A stretch of 63,387 nucleotides of DNA, filler included, from Phoronis australis (taxonomy: Eukaryota; Animalia; Phoronida), in assembly GCA_002633005.1 (NCBI GenBank). It is 8 parts of 8 records of this genome, joined end to end, with 100 filler letters (N's around TTAATTAATTAA, not from the genome) between each part and the next. Parts side by side here need not be neighbours in the genome. Positions count along the whole stretch, not along the records: positions 1 to 26,763 come from NMRA01001115.1; 7 more parts are not named here. The stretch is one strand, 5' to 3'. Made by a program: the position numbers and the translations under genes. Position 1 is the stretch's first letter. Every line of letters begins with the position of its first letter. Of the stretch, positions 11,678 through 25,333 are shown piece by piece. The notes beneath the pieces were generated by a model. The model worked only from the letters and a program-made list of their open reading frames with translations, made no database searches and was not told the DNA's origin.

Positions 11678-14600
11678 GAACGAAACAAAATGAAATGTCG
11701 TTGTGTAATGTTGTACGTCGACGGTGTTGTTTCGTGGTATTTCCAAGACACAGGGTAACAAATGGCCAGGGTTTATTTATCAGGGTGTTTCCATATGGAA
11801 AAGGTTCAGTTATCAGCAAACAATAAGAGTTTCGCCCCTTCACGCACATGCACATTTGGTTATTTCAGTAACTTATACCTGGCGAGCGCATCAGATTTAT
11901 TGCAGTCGCCTGTAATGATACTGTATCTCATTTGAATTTTGAAGTGAGATTAAATTAGAGTGCGAAACTATCTGCAACTGGAGAAGCCAGTAGTTGTTAA
12001 CTTCCCACTAGGAGCTGAACAGTTTAAAACGCGTACGAAACTGTGCCCCTGTCAACTTGGTGAAATAATAGGTTACCAGAAAGTTTCATGATGAGGTCAT
12101 GCTGGGTTATGTTACCAGTCCGTTTCGTTTTTTTTTTCTAATCAGGTTAGCTGTGTAACCCTGTTCCCTAAAAATCTTGTTGATCTGCTTCATGCAGTCT
12201 ATTTCACCACAGTTAACAACGCTTTGTTTTGATTTTTAATTTACCATCCTCTCCTTCTTCCCAAAAGTTTATCTTTTATTTAATAACTACATTAGAATTC
12301 TAACTTTGATGTGGCCTAATTACATTTTCATTTCACCTTGCTTCGTCTCGAACACTGTTCCATTTCATGCTTTTTCATCATCATAATTGCGGTTCGTCAC
12401 TTCATCATACGGTGACACCGGGCTAGGCTCCCATTTCACTCCATACACCGTTTTTCACGGTTGTTTTTTCACTTTCTGCCACATTTTAGTTCTACAAGCA
12501 TGACATTTCCTAGGATCCTACATAGTGTGTTCCATGAGCGATCACGGTTTTGTAACCATCCACCTTAGAAATAACACCGTAGACGAGTTCCCTCCTTAAC
12601 AAAGCGTTTATTCACTTTAGACACACAGCAATTTTCTAAACCGTCACCCACTCACTATTAACTCTATATCTCCTACACTTGACCGGCCATTTATAATGTA
12701 ACTCACTTGACAGCGATACAAAAAGGGAACTGTAGTTTAGATAATTTTTCAAAAAGTTTCCTTAACTAACTTTTACCGCCAGAGCGGTCAAATTTTCTGC
12801 GACATTGAAGAGCTCATTTTCGCAAAAAAAAATCCGAACTATCAAATTCCCTATACAAAATACTAAGATGGGGACATCGTTGTCTATGGCAACCTGGAGA
12901 ATGGTTTAGGTGAGAAAGCAGCCATAAATCGGCGTTCAGTCATAGAAGTGAACTTTTTATTTCGATTGCTTGCCACTTTAAAGTTGGTCTCAACTTGTTT
13001 CTTACTAGAATGAGACACGATTTTTGGGTTTTCAATCGACTAACATTTCGTTATTTGGTTTTATAGCCACTTTCAGGCAAAATTGGATGAGATATGTTTT
13101 ATCTGTAGAAAATCCTTGCAGTGGAGTAAAGCAGGCACTATTTGTCATACCGCCTTCTCTCTAAAATTGAACGATTTACTTCCATGAGGAACCATCAGGC
13201 TTTACATGGGCTGGCGCGCACATCATAAATTTACCTTTACGTTGGATTCGCGTCGATACCCAGGTTTAAGCTGTGCCTAAGTGAATCAATGTTTTGCTGT
13301 TTGTTTCGTTCATTAAGATGTCCCTGGTTTTATTTTGCACTGGTTGGGTGTGGCACGCTGTATTCTCTACCTCATGGGGTGCTGATGTCACCATGGCGAT
13401 ATTTACCAACGTTCTTGTCGACAGCTACGAGAGACTGAATCGGTGCATAATGTCATACCTGACGTCACCACAATGTTGTTTTGTGATTTTTCACTCTTGG
13501 ACGTGACGTGGATTACCCGAATCACCGTGGGGTTCTATTGTAAAGTTGGAGATCGTCTGCACCCACATGTACCTGTATTATCAATCTTATGGTTATGAAG
13601 GCGTTCGACGGCTGGACGGTGTCGGGCTGAATATGTAAAGATCAAAGAGTGCACGTGACTTTCACGCGTTTTATGATTAAGACCTAGAGTGCGTATTTTG
13701 GGAATTTTGCTTTGGGTGCTATCCTCGAAATTCCATATTTTAGACATCAGGCCAAAAATTATCATCATTGGTTCTGGTCTTGTTTTTTTATTAAACTAAG
13801 GCGATGACGCAGTATTTATAGTTGTCCATATTTTCATAAAAAATCATTTGATGCCAGTTGAAGTTGTGTAGGTATTCATTTTTAGTCTTCCGAGCTCCAC
13901 CCCCTGCCAGTTGCAATGGATTGGTATCTTTTTTTTACCCACAGTGTCGCCTGATGCCTGCTGAAATGGGTCGGAATCTTTCTTTTTTTCTCCTTACCCA
14001 TTGCCCCTTGTGCCAGCTTTGAGGTGGCAGTCTCAAAATGAGTCGGGCACAGACCAGAAAAAATATGCTATTTTTGGCCTAAAAACTGCAGGGCACTTTT
14101 TAACACTGGTGCTCTTTCGGAAACAATGCCTAGACTGGTCATTATGCTCGGGTATATTGTCGTAGTTAAACCTATACCCGGTTATATCGCATAATCCATA
14201 AGTACGGGTAAATTATATTTTCGTTAAGAACGACCTAGTTATTTTACTGCTCTATGGATAATACACTGGGTTTTTAATTTATGTAGATAGGTTTGAAATA
14301 CCCAGAAATCGTCTGTTGTAATAACGCCCTTGCTGATTTTGTCTGGAAATAATCCACAGGTGTACGACTTGATCGAATTTTTGGACTTTGGATGAACAGT
14401 TTGTGACTTAGATATTTGTATTATTGTACAAAATTTTCTATGATCCAAGTGACGGCTTCCTAATACGTAAATACGCACTGGAATTTAGTCGTGACCTGCA
14501 GTAAGTCCAGGGTGCGTTCCTTAACGCATGGCAATCGCGAAACTCTTGCGAAGAGAAATCTTGGCATTTGAAACGGAAATGGCGATTTTACTTTCAGCTT

Positions 14601-15562
14601 ATTCCATCATTCAACATTCCATCCTCGCCTATCAATCACTGCAATGGCGGCCATTTGGTAGTGTCAAGATCCCGTGGTTACTCGTAGAACAGTTCCTGAA
14701 CGCACTTTTACTAGCGCGGTTTTGCTTGTTCTTGCGTGATCTCGCTTTTCTTGGAAGAAATTTGAGTGCAGCGCACCCGTTTTGGCTTCGGCGGCACGCT
14801 AATGCTCATGGCGCATTTTCTAATCAGACTGTGAGATGGTGCAACTGTCGTGGGTTTAGTTAGTAAAATTTGTCAGGCTGTGCACATGAGGATTATAAAC
14901 GGATTACTCTTCACTTAAAGACAATCTTCCCTTTGTTTTCACCGAAGTTTAGAATTGGAGAGTTTCATTCATAGAGATATTCGCCAACTTTGAAGTTTTA
15001 GACCCACTTACCACAACACATTATTGATCGGCAGGGCCATTCGGTACTTCAATCATTTCCGGCACAACTTGACATGGGCCTACATTGTATCTCACAGTGC
15101 CGCATCTGCTCCGAAGCACGCTTTTTCTTTCGAAAGTGCGGTATACTCTAGTAACATTCAGGTTTCAAATTTGGCATCTCGTTTTGCGATGAAACTCAAA
15201 ATGAAACTCGTGACATAAAGATGTTAAAATGGGGACGTTTTGTTAATTACTGATAGCCTTGTTCGTGTTTGTGTTTTATCATTATTTTTGTAAAGTTCAT
15301 TGACGTGAAGTGAAGTACAGTGTCGTTCAGCCATAGTGTCAATTTGTTGGTGCACCACTATCAATTTCAAAATTAAACTTGCAATTGCCACAATGAATTT
15401 TGTTTTATTTGATATAAATTTTGTGACGTGTGATGTTGAAGGAACTTCCTTTGGGAATAAGATGATTAGAATTAATTTAGTTTGCGTTCAAATTCGTTTC
15501 ATGAAGTTTTAACCAAAGCGAAAGGAGGTTTTAAACTCTTCGTTTAAAAACGAAGAGATAGG

Positions 15563-15840
15563 CAGGGGCGGATCCAGGATTTTGAGTTAGGGGGGCCAAG
15601 GCACAGGAATAACCAGAATGGCGCGCCCAGCCTAAAATGTGGGGTGGCAGGGGCCTCGAATTTTGGGTTTGCGAACCTGTTGACTAAAAAAAAAAAAACG
15701 GCAAACGGGGTTTGTTCAGGGCCTATGCATTGTTTATTCACTCCCCGAGCCCCTGGTTACGCGCATGTGGTAGTCAGTAATTCGCGCCCGTAGTATTTTA
15801 GGGGGGGGGGGGGCTTGGCCCCCCTCTAAATTCGCCACTG
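15563..15840. mobile_element. MITE, same family, opposite orientation, 5-bp TSD ATAGG
   Basis: caggggcggatcc ... aattcgccactg flanked by atagg on both sides. Confidence 0.85.
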
Positions 15841-18532
15841 ATAGGTATCAACAGCGATGTATATTGGCAATCCTTTTGAGATCTACTCATGCATTTTAAC
15901 CCAGGGCTGTGTACCGTAGACGCAAGAATCTCGAAAATTCGAGATCACACAATACTTCGCCAGATATCGCTACGTGGTGATTTATTCCGGCAGTGTAATT
16001 AGGCTAGCGGTAACTTTTTACAGAAATAAACACTCTATGCAAACACACGCACACACACAAACACACACACACACGTAGGCTATCGTTATGCATTACAACT
16101 AAAGCGTGTGATCACATCAGCTTTTCTCACCATCAGTGTTTTTTGATACGAAACGCAGCCCGAGTACAGTCTAGACGCAAGAATCTGTTTAGGAAGATAG
16201 GGTCATCAAGTGCTCTTAACTTGTATTGCGTTTTCGCGAGAATCTCGCCTCCACGGTCACGCTTGTTTGGGCGTCCTAGTTAATCATCTCGCTAATGGCG
16301 AGGCCCAGTGTATAATATGGCACGTTTAAACTGGCACCCGGAGTTCTTTAAGGTTACGTCAAACCCTAGAAAAATTGTTAAATTTGACTAGCTTTTGTTA
16401 GGAATTGTTTTCAAAATGTTCCACTTTTGTGTAAGCAGCTATCAAACATTAGGATTTTGCGTGTTTTTTTGTAAAAAATACTTCCGAAACTTAGAAGTTA
16501 GATAAAAACGAAACGATAATTTAGAAAACAGTAACAGGATTTTTTATAGAAAATATTTACTTTCACGACGTTAAATTTTATAGTTTAGTAGATATTTGGC
16601 TTAACATTCTGACTGGTCGATAAGGGCACAACCTTACCTTATAAGTGCAAGTGCAGATAGCCGACTCTTAATTCATGATCGCTCGCGTGTAGTTATAAAG
16701 TTGTTCGCACTTTTCACTTGTAAAGTTACGCGGTTTTCAAAAGTTAGAATATAATTTCGCTGGAAAGATCGGTTACACCCACCCCTGAAACTTCTGTTAA
16801 ACACTAAGTTGTAATCAGGTGAGCAGTCTTCAGTCACTAAGCGATTTTACTTTTGTTTTAACCTCGTCAATTTTGTCGTCCGCCCACCTAAATCATCAAA
16901 TGCAAGCACGGTTTTGAGAAAGTGTTGGCTGTAACTGTTTCAGTTTATTTTAGCTAATGAATTCTCTCCAGATTCTGTATCCATTTTCTGCTTGACCGTT
17001 GGTGACAGTGGCACTAGACGTAGTACGTGTATGCTTAGAACTGCTTTGACCAGCCTCAACATCTTGGGATTGCTCGACTTTTGCCTCCTTAAAAATGAAT
17101 GGATAGATTTATATTTTTGCTGTTAGTTTGCATTTACGTTCTCAATGTTCAGAGCGACCCGTCAATAGCTACCTGCTGTTTATCGGACTGCTGTGTACTA
17201 TGTCCATACATTCACAACTCGCCTGCACAGGGTTCATATAACACGCGTGCGTGTTCACGTTCTCAAACGTTCAGTGAGGGCGACGGCATCTGTAGCATCG
17301 GTTTATCAGATTGCCCACAGAAATGAGCCAGTCTTTGTAAGCTGAGCTGACTGCAAAGCTGGCAGCAGTAAAATCCTATGTTGGCCCGCTTGCTATTAGA
17401 TGATAACCTATCTTAATTATTTTAATGACAGCTGGCAATCTTTCATGTTCAGCGAAAAGCATTGTTAGTATAAGAAAGTACAGATATGATTTAAATTCGG
17501 CTTTCTAAGGCGGACCCAAAATCCCGGTGGTGGGTGCTTTCGCACCCGTCGCACAACAGAGCGACTCGAGTTGTGTTTACCACCACCGAGCAACACAAGG
17601 GGGCGCCTTGACTTGTGTACACCACCACTTACCACGCGAAGAATGAAATGAAATTTGAATGGGGGAGCGCCTCGTGTGTGTTTAGCTCTCAGTGTTCTCC
17701 CAGAAAAAATCGAGTTTCATGCAAAATTTAAGATTGCACTGAAAAGCTTAACTTTTTCCTCCAAAACTTAAGTTATTTTTCAGAACTTACTTTTTTGTCA
17801 CAAACCTAAGTTATCAGCAAAGAAATAATTTTGTAGGGGTGAGCATAAACTTGAATTCCACCACAAGTTATTTCCGAAAAGAACTTTGCTCTTACACAGT
17901 AGATAGGGCAAGTAAAGACTTCTACAACAATTAAAGAAAAATATGAGACTGAATTTAAAATCCCGCGTTAGTACTATATGGGTGCACAATTGACTGTGCA
18001 ACGAATGTACTAAGGATGTCAGAAACATTTACATGTACCGATCCTTCAAGCTATTGTCATCATATAAATTTGTCATACAACAAAGGCAGATCATCCAACC
18101 GGGCTACTCATGTACTGTGATCAGCTTTATTCACAAGATTTCAATAACTGGAGAAGCCAATCACGGAATGTCCCCAGAACAATTATAGAGAAAATTCATG
18201 AGAAAATTCAATAGCAGCACTTACTAAGCAACTAGTTATTCAATAAAACGTCTTACAATGACAGCAATCGGCATAATTATATAAATAACAAAAGTCCTGG
18301 TGTTTCACACAAGATTCTAAGCTTTTGTATTATTTTATTTGTTCTGACAACCATTTACACCAAATAAATAACAATAGATTAGGCGTATGTACCTGAATTC
18401 AAAAAACAGTTTTATTATTGCATTCACCTGCTGTACAAGCACCACGGCAACACCCTTACTTTGTGGAATACAGGCTTCGTCTCTAGTTGATAAATCAGAA
18501 CTAACAATGTTTAAAGTTTTCAGAGGTAGAAC

Positions 18533-18713
18533 CAGTGGCAGATTTAGATACTCCCCCCCCCCCTAAAATTCTCCCAGATACCTGTACCATTTAGGAGTTC
18601 GGGGTGCGAACTGCTGAGTAGCATATGAGCGCACCTAGGGTGTTCGGGGGGGCGAATGCACAATGCATTGGCCTTGAACAAACCCCGTTTACCCTNCCTG
18701 GATCCACCCCCCG
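18533..18713. mobile_element. MITE, same family, 5-bp TSD AGAAC
   Basis: cagtggcagattt ... ggatccaccccccg flanked by agaac on both sides. Confidence 0.8.
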
Positions 18714-19092
18714 AGAACTGCATCTCAAAAACTTTGGACAAAATTGGAAGTCACAAGTATTACCCTTTCTGCATTCTGAGAGGTTTCTAACACAGTTGTG
18801 AATGCCTGGGTTGTTTAAAATGCTGTAATAGTGACGGTACAAAACTTGAAAATGTCAAAGCAATACTGTAGTGCTGCATATCATTTTCGAAAATAAAGAG
18901 AAACTAAAATTTTGTCATAAATTAGTGAGGTTTTACAGTTATACAAGAATTATAGAGATGTAAAGCTTTAGCTAAGTAAAGAGAAGGTACCCCGTAGTGA
19001 GAAATTGCTGATAGCAGACGACCTAAAAATTTCGTCAAAATTTTAACATTATGCCACACGAGTGTGAAAAGCGTTTCATTACAAAAACTGTC

Positions 19093-19344
19093 TCAGTCAT
19101 CTTTCTGATGGCGCCTTGACTTTGCGATGTTTCGATTTTTTCTCGCTTGTCTTCTCTTTTCTTTATCCCTTGCGTCTATTTGCTGAGCAAGCTTCCACGA
19201 GAGAAGTCCACTAATAAAGAAGAGAGGGGAGAGACACAGCAACACATAGTAGATGAACGACCAGGGATTCTTGCCCGCATATAAAACAACTTCAGTCAGT
19301 AGCTGCTTGTAATCCCAGTCTCCGGAGAACCAGCTATCAAACAT
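19093..19344 (-). CDS. SMIM15: Small integral membrane protein 15 (83 aa, single coding exon)
   Basis: MFDSW...YAGKNPWSFIYYVLLCLSPLFFISGLLSWKLAQQIDARDKEKRRQARKNRNIAKSRRHQKDD matches the SMIM15 pattern (WAAKDP..F....L.L.PLF..S..LSWKLA..IEAREKE...NIAK..R.KKD). ATG at 19344. Splice acceptor (ttgcag) 15 nt upstream implies a 5'UTR intron. Confidence 0.93.
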   Translation of the reverse strand: MFDSWFSGDWDYKQLLTEVVLYAGKNPWSFIYYVLLCLSPLFFISGLLSWKLAQQIDARDKEKRRQARKNRNIAKSRRHQKDD

Positions 19345-20484
19345 CGTTCCACGATAAAACTGCAATCAACAGTCAGAATCAATATGATGGCAATGAGTAC
19401 CGTATAATCTCTCCAACACCACGGACAACTAAAATTCTACTTTCTCATTTTTTATGGAGGATAAGCAGTAACAAATGCAATGCTTTTCCACGTTCAGGTT
19501 TTGCACACTAGCAACTACAATATCTTTAAAAATGTGGACATTCACAACCGAGTGTTAGAAGCTCTTGAAAAATTAAAAAATCCAACTGGATTTTTTTTTT
19601 CGAAATTGGTGATTTTTTACCGTACAGTCAAATTTGCAATCAAATATTCACTTAATTTGGACAAAAAGTCACGCGACCAGTATTCTGTATTTTGCATTTA
19701 AGCCTTCAGATAAAAAGTCGCATTTAGCTTTACTCAGGTAAAATCTCACTTCAGTTGGGTTCAACTAACACACACTCGCAGGAAAGCAAAAGGCCAACCA
19801 ATCATACTTCGGGCACAGTTGTGTAATTATGCATTACGACATATGAGAAACAAAAATCCCTATTATAGTAATTATCCACTTATTTCACACAAAAATTATT
19901 GACAAAGTTGTAATTTTTCCACTTTTCAAAGGCCACCATGTTGCAAATAATGGATATCACAATTCTCTTATAACATGCACACAATATAAACCATGATAAT
20001 AATAGACAAATTTTTGAAAAATCCTTATAGCTGTGGAGAATTATGACAACATAGAACTTCACTTGTGGGCCACAGTGTGTGTTAAATGAATGACGGTTTG
20101 CAGTAATTCCCACTCAAAAGCCTATGACTGCCATTTTTCAAGTATCTAGTTGTCTACCAGCTACACTCGTGCACAGAGGATTCCAGCTAGCACTTAATAA
20201 AGCATGTTAGTCTGAGAACAATCTTGGGCTATAGTCACTTATACAGGTTCGTTCCAGATTTTACGAACCAGTTAATGCAAGAGGAGAAAACTGGTTCTCA
20301 AAATGTGGGACCCCTGCAAAAGACTATTACACAATCTCGAGTAAAATTTTTGATGTGTTAACTTTGAACAAGTATGTTATTGAAAGTTCTTCAGTTTCTC
20401 AACCTCATCACATGGTGACATTCCTCAGTGGCAACTTCCTTTGGCACAATTTGTTTCTTTTTTATAAAAAAATAATTGCAGGCA

Positions 20485-20615
20485 GTCTGGTACACGATGT
20501 ACCCGATGTGCGCAGGCTGCGCATGTGAGCCCATTGCACTAATCACCTGGAACTATTTTTGTGTTTTATCAATACATGGTTAAAACAGAGCTGAGGAGCT
20601 AGAAACCTGACTCAA
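20485..20615 (+). repeat. Dispersed repeat; second copy at about 61503-61628
   Basis: Shared gcatgtg.gcccattgcact.atcac.tggaac...ctgaggagct.gaaacctga.tca. Confidence 0.75.
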
Positions 20616-20619
20616 TGGT

Positions 20620-20703
20620 TTAGCACTGTGACCCAGTTGGACTCTAACCCAGAGCATTGAGTAAAGAAAGTGGGCACCTATCACGCTGGACTACACTGCC
20701 TCC
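20620..20703 (-). mobile_element. Degenerate tRNA-derived SINE head
   Basis: Minus strand GGAGGCAGTG-TAGTCCAGCGTG (A-box-like) ... GGTTAGAGTCC (B-box-like) at tRNA spacing; no clean cloverleaf. Confidence 0.45.
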
Positions 20704-21318
20704 TCGCTACTATTTGTTCCTAGTCACATTATCCATCAATTCTTCGAAACATGGACAGACAGATCTGCCTTCAATGCAAAGACATAAAGCTATGTATTAA
20801 AGTACACACGCCACAGCAGTCTGAAGTGTAACAACTGCAACTTCATATGGTAAATACTCTTCTGTTTAAATAAGAGTAATTCCCTGTTGTTAATTTTCTC
20901 ACTTAAATTGAATATTAATAGATTTTACTTTGTGTGATACAACTGCCACCAAACAACATTCACTAAAATGCCTTGAAAATTGTAATTTTAGCAAATATAG
21001 GAACTTTCACCATACCTGGACAGGAATTATTGATTGAGCTGCAAACTTCTGTATTGTCAATGCTTCAACAGGATAACCACTAATATCTTGCACTTGTAAA
21101 TACACTTTCTTTTGCAGTTAAGGCAGCCAAATCTAAAGAAACACAAAGCATGATATAAAGTTACCAGATACAAATGTATTCATGATCAAGCGTTTCAAAT
21201 TTGCCAAACAACACTCCTAGAGTCCCAGCTTTGAGAAGCTACACAAACTTAAAGTTTTCTGTTTAAGTAAATACTGGCAGATTATTTGAATTTTAAGTAA
21301 AAACATACCACGTACTTA

Positions 21319-22321
21319 TGAACTGAAAGAAAAACAAAGAGGTAAAACAAGCGTTTAACATGCAGATTCCATAATTATTAAGGCCAGTCGATTTTGCTCC
21401 AATGTGCATGCTCACCATAATCTGGCATCAAATGAAAATAACAGCGTAGGTGGCACCACATTCGGGTGAGGTCAAGAAACCAAATATGACACGTGTTATT
21501 GGAACAGGTACACATCAATCACAGTACGCACGTGTGGCCCTTCTTTTCACATATTATCCTAAAACAGTCATTTACAACATACGTCTGTTAATTGCAAGAC
21601 TTACAGATGCCACACGCCATTCGCATAGCCTGCCAATCTCAGGATAGGAATTCCATGGGTGCTTCACTTTAGCTGGCCATATCTAACATACATCTCAATA
21701 AATTTACACAAAACGGGGATTTAAAAAACCATGAGCAATTGTTCTTTCTCCAGACAGCATTTACAGAGTCCTGCTCCAGTGAGATCGCAACAAATTCACA
21801 ATCGAAACACANTGAACTGAAAGAAAAACAAAGAGGTAAAACAAGCGTTTAACATGCAGATTCCATAATTATTAAGGCCAGTCGATTTCGCTCCAATGTG
21901 CATGCTCACCATAATCTGGCATCAAATGAAAATAACAGCATAGGTGGCACCACATTCGGGTGAGGTCAAGAAACCAAATATGACACGTGTTATTAGAACA
22001 GGTGCACATCAATCACAGTACGCACGTGTGGCCCAACCCTCCTTTACACATATTATCCTAAAAGTCATTTACACAACATACGTCTGTTAATTGCAAGTTT
22101 ACACGCAAGACTTACAGATGCCACACGCCATTCGCATAGCCTGCCAATCTCAGGATAGGAATTCCATGGGTGCTTCACTTTAGCTGGCCATATCTAACAT
22201 ACATCTCAATAAATTTACACAAAACGGGGATTTAACAAACCATGAGCAATTGTTCTTTCTCCAGACAGCATTTACAGAGTCCTGCTCCAGTGAGATCGCA
22301 ACAAATTCACAATCGAAACAC
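21319..22321 (+). repeat. Near-identical tandem duplication of about 500 bp joined at a single n (probable haplotype/assembly overlap)
   Basis: 21319-21811 versus 21813-22321 differ only by small indels and SNPs. Confidence 0.85.
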
Positions 22322-22692
22322 AAAAAAATCCTCCCAAAAGGCCGATGAATCTCAACTCCTGTAGACGGGTCATGTGAGTAGGGTTCATGGTCAAGTACGA
22401 ATGAGTCACAGATGGATAAGTTCATCATGGATGGTTACTGATCTAGTAATTCCTTTGAACCAACTCGCGTCACCTGTCTACAGAAGTTGCAACGCATCGG
22501 CCTTTTGGGAGGATTTTTTGTATTTCAATTGTGAATTTGTTGCGAACTTGCTGGAGCAGTACACTGTAAATGCTATCAGGAGAAAGAACAATTGCTAATG
22601 GTTTGTTGAATCCCCGTTTCATGTAAAGTTATGGAGATTTGTGTTTGATATCGACGGCTGAAGTGAAGCACCCATAGAATTAACATCCTGAG
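22148..22692. repeat. Imperfect inverted repeat with about 200-bp arms (22148-22347 and 22495-22692)
   Basis: cccaaaaggccgatg / catcggccttttggg and continuing complementarity; a partial third copy at about 23920-23975. Confidence 0.8.
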
Positions 22693-24073
22693 CGTCAGAT
22701 CTTTTAGTATCATATATTTTGTATTGGGGACGATCAGAAGCTAAGGACGCCTGTGTTGAAGAGTGCCTGTTGTTAAAAGCAACACTGTTAGAATTCAGGA
22801 TTGGTTTACAGACTATACATATAGTGAACATAAATGCCGGACGGACTCTAAATATCGGAGGTTGCATAAAATCTTACTTAAAGCATATCTGAGAAATAAA
22901 TTATATCAATTTTTGTGCCGCTGTAGTGTTGCCTTGTTTTGATTTTACCGAGAGAGGGTGCAGTTTAGACCCTCAAGTCTGTCTAAAATGGACGATCACA
23001 TGAATCGGTTGTAAAAGTTGAAAAACAAAATCTTTTTCCACAATGAAATCTCAATGAACTGACAATACGCCACTATTTCATCTTCTCAGTTGTTTTAAGC
23101 ACAAGACAAACCACGGCCACGAACGTGCATGTGTCATATCAAGACGGTAAAGAGATACTAAAAATTGCAGTCAGATTACACATGCTTTAGTAGACTGCAC
23201 TGGTTCATCGAAACAACTTGGTGCTGTCATCAGATTACATTTTATGGATAATTTTGTTGCCAACCGAGCTGCATTCTAGCAGAAAATATATCAAAACACA
23301 CGAGCTGCTATTTGGCGACCAGGTGCTCACCCATCGCTTGGTACAGAAGAAATTTTGCTGCTGCCAAGTTATCATCATCTCCCGAGAGATGTTGCAAAAA
23401 TTTAGGAAATGGCGCGTGCGCATGACACGAGCGTATCGTTTTCAAAACGACAACATACTTTTCATTGTTAGAAAAGGCGGAGAGTTACGCAAGAAAATGA
23501 CGTTTATTGCATTGTTTTTCACTTAAACAGCCGTAACGGGCAAGGTGATTCCCAGATTTTGCATGCACCCCGTCCGGTCTTTAGCTTTACATGTTGATAC
23601 AAGTTTCATGGCGAGGTAACGAGCAGAAATACCCTGGCTGTGTGTAATTTCAGGGTCTATGGAAGAAATACACATGCAGTAGTACCTAGCTGTATTTTGA
23701 CGACAGTCTTCATACAGCTAGCTGGCTGGCTAGATGATGACCAGCTACTGCACTGACTACTCTGTATCTCTCACTTCACTTCATGGATGTCACCTGAGAT
23801 GTATGTTGGCACTTGTTGTCCTATGTAAATATCCTGATGATATCTAACGAATAGATGAAACCTTGATTTATCATGAACTTCTTCATTTGTACGGCGATCG
23901 TCCGGTTTTTAATCTTTGTTTATAAAGTTTTGTGTTTGCTATGGACGGCTGAAGTGAAGCACCCGTGGAATTTCTAGTCTGGATTGTCTTACCTTGTAGT
24001 ATTCTATATTACTAGTGTGTTGGAGACGGTCAGAAAAAGACAGAAGTTGAGGACGCCTGTGGCTTGAATTTGA

Positions 24074-25333
24074 ATATTGACTTCCTGATAATTTGGAAGG
24101 CTAAAATGCAGAGGGATGTGCTCAGTGAAAATGAAGAAACCGTTACGCTCCCGTGTCCGTCGCCGTGTTTGACCACGTCCACGGCAAACGTGAAACGCAT
24201 CGAATTCAAAATAGACAACGCCGCAACGGCAACGCCGCAACGGCAACGCCGCAACGGCAACGCCAAAACGGGCGGCAACTCTGTCACACCCGGCTACGGG
24301 TACATCGAATGATCGAAGCCAAGGCGACCTTCACATTCCCACCAGTCTATGTTTCTCCTGTGGAATCGAAGCTAATGCATTATTTACCGATCAAATTTTG
24401 TGCGATAATGCATTCCTTTAGCACCTACAACATCAAACATTTCTCACCAATCGCGTTTTCCACGACGCTCCATATAGGCCGCCATCTTTGTTGTGGGAAG
24501 TGCATTCTGGGATATACAAGGGACCTCTGTGGCCGGTTGCATGAAACAGTCCCAAGCANNNNNNNNNNNNNNNNNNNNNNNNNNNNNNNNNNNNNNNNNN
24601 NNNNNNNNNNNNNNNNNNNNNNNNNNNNNNNNNNNNNNNNNNNATGCGATCGTCCATTTTAGGCCGACTTGGGGGTCTAAATTGCACCCTCTCTCGGTGA
24701 AATCAAAACGAGGCAACGCTGTAAAAAACGAGACGGTGCCGGACATTGAATGCATTACAACGGAACAAAAATTGGTGTCATTTAATTCTCAGATTATGCT
24801 TCAAGTAAGATTCTATGAAATGTCCGATATTTAGGTTCCGTCCGATAATTAGGTACACTATGTGTATTGACTTCCTGATAATTTGGAAGGCTAAAATGCA
24901 GAGGGATGTGCTCAGTGAAAATGAAGTAACCGTTACGCTCCCGTGTCCGTCGCCCGTCGCCGTGTTTGACCACGTCAACGCAAACGTGAAACGAATCGAA
25001 TTCGAAATAGACAACGCCGCAACGGCAACGCCAAAACGGGCGGCAACTCTGTCACACCCGGCTACGGGCTACGGGTACATCGAATGATCGAAGCCAAGGC
25101 GACCTTCACATTCCCACCAGTCTATGTTTCTCCTGTGGCATCGAAGCTAATGCATTATTTACCGATCAAATTTTGTGCGATAATGCATTCCTTTAGCACC
25201 TACAACATCAAACATTTCTCACCAATCGCGTTTTCCACGACGCTCCATATAGGCCGCCATCTTTGTTGTGGGAAGTGCATTCTGGGATATACAAGGGACC
25301 TCTGTGGCCGGTTGCATGAAACAGTCCCAAGCA
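24074..25333 (+). repeat. Direct duplication of about 480 bp across an N gap, containing CGCCGCAACGGCAA repeats
   Basis: 24074-24558 versus 24864-25333 near identical; the repeat-unit number differs between copies. Confidence 0.85.

Noticed and set aside
20620-20703. tRNA gene
   Set aside because: A/B boxes are degenerate and there is no cloverleaf; kept only as a SINE-like head.
21016-21132. Exon-like segment on the minus strand upstream of SMIM15
   Set aside because: Stops in all three frames; may be a 5'UTR exon but cannot be supported without transcripts.
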